NCBI GenBank assembly: GCA_030447385.1
Contig: JAUJOY010000002.1
Coordinates: 99,392 to 163,391, forward strand
Length of the DNA stretch: 64,000 bases
DNA from: Mycobacteriales bacterium
GTDB taxonomy: Bacteria > Actinomycetota > Actinomycetes > Mycobacteriales > SCTD01
Direction: 5' to 3'
Below, in pieces: positions 62,992-64,000 of this stretch. Position 1 is the stretch's first letter. Each line of letters starts with the position of its first letter. Both the position numbers and the translations under genes were made by a program. The notes beneath the pieces are model-generated. The model saw only the letters and a list, made by a program, of their open reading frames with translations, was not told where the DNA came from and searched no databases.

Positions 62992-63197
62992 GGGACTCCT
63001 CGCGGCGGCAGGTGGAAGGATGCGGCTCGGGCGCTACGGTCGGCTGCCGAGCTTGTCCGGCCCGGTCCTAGGGAAGACTGCTGCTGGTGGATCAACAGGC
63101 CGAGAGGTGGCTGTGACGGGGGTGGTGCTGTGGGCGATGCCAGAGGCACGTCCTCCCAGTATCGCTGGCGCTCGGTGCTGACCTGCGCAGGTCTGTC

Positions 63198-64000
63198 ATG
63201 AGCCGTGGGCGCAGCGAGAGCGTGCTGGCTCGGTGCGCAGCCACCTTCCATCCTGAGCTGTCCAGCGCCGGCCGCGCCCGGCGACTGCTGGAGGGCGCAC
63301 TGGGTGCGGCGGACCGGATGGTCTGGGCGGACGCCGGAGCACTGGCCCTCAGCGAGGTGGTCACCAACGCCGCGTTGCACGCGCACACCGACATCGAGGT
63401 GCTCATCGAGGTGTTCGAGGAGCGGCTGCGGGTGGAGGTCCACGACGGCAACCCCGCGCTGCCCCGTCCCCGGGGTTACGGCGAGCAGGCCACCACCGGT
63501 CGTGGGATGGATCTCGTGGCGGCGCTCACCGACTCCTGCGGGGTCTACAGCCTGGGACATCGGGGCAAGGTCGTCTGGTTCTGCCTGACCGGCCGGGCAG
63601 AGGCGTCTGCCGAGGACCTGCTGGCGGACTGGGACGTGGACGGTGACTGGGACCGCATCGAGTTCAGCGCCCCGACGACCGTGACGATCCGACTCCCGTC
63701 GATGCCGGTGGCCTTGTGGCTGGCCGCACGTCAGCACCACGACGCGATCCTGAGAGAGCTCGTGCTCTACCTGGCTGAGCATCCCGACGTCGACGTGGAC
63801 CTCGCACAGACCGACCGGGCCCGCGGCCTGGTGAGCCGGGCCGTGGTGGCTGCGGTGGAGGCGGCGCAGCAGGCCGGATCCGACCTGCCGGAGGGGCGCT
63901 CCACGGAGCCGCCCGCCGTGCCGGAGACGCTGACGCTCGAGGTCGAGATGCCGCCGGACATCGGGCCTGCCTATCAGGCGCTGCAGCAGACCCTCGACGT
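63198..64000 (+). CDS. HATPase_c (anti-sigma-like) domain protein, 3'-truncated by the window edge
   Basis: Read from sequence: ATG 63198 ...LSEVVTNAALHA...VEVHDG...TTGRGMDLV...GKVVWF. Confidence 0.8.
   Translation, partial: MSRGRSESVLARCAATFHPELSSAGRARRLLEGALGAADRMVWADAGALALSEVVTNAALHAHTDIEVLIEVFEERLRVEVHDGNPALPRPRGYGEQATTGRGMDLVAALTDSCGVYSLGHRGKVVWFCLTGRAEASAEDLLADWDVDGDWDRIEFSAPTTVTIRLPSMPVALWLAARQHHDAILRELVLYLAEHPDVDVDLAQTDRARGLVSRAVVAAVEAAQQAGSDLPEGRSTEPPAVPETLTLEVEMPPDIGPAYQALQQTLD

Overview
High-GC actinobacterial chromosome segment. The left ~36 kb is a nickel/hydrogen island. It holds two tandem family-5 (peptide/nickel) ABC importers, a PadR regulator, a Tat-less group 1h/1l-like [NiFe]-hydrogenase (small and large subunits), two maturation-protease-like genes, a degenerate BirA-like gene, a TPR gene, a NifU-like gene, hypC, SIS-HypC, gmhA-like, hypD, hypE and a separated hypF. 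No hypA or hypB is visible. Four CooC-type P-loop ATPases are present instead. One of them (19812..20546, minus strand) has an in-frame UGA inside its metal-binding motif (G-C-P-UGA-C-G), followed by a SECIS-like hairpin, which makes it a candidate selenoprotein nickel insertase. A shared 21-bp pseudo-palindrome precedes four transcription units of the island. A vWA/PP2C/kinase (TerY-P-like) triad and a CsoR-CopZ-CopA copper operon lie between hypE and hypF. The right part is mostly housekeeping: TPP riboswitch-thiC, npdG, panB, MFS-TetR-MFS, nadE, glnA-GATase-glnE and an acyl-CoA dehydrogenase, plus a decayed cyclase/TPR pseudogene. No rRNA, tRNA, CRISPR array or transposase was recognised. 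All calls come from reading motifs by eye; no database searches were run.
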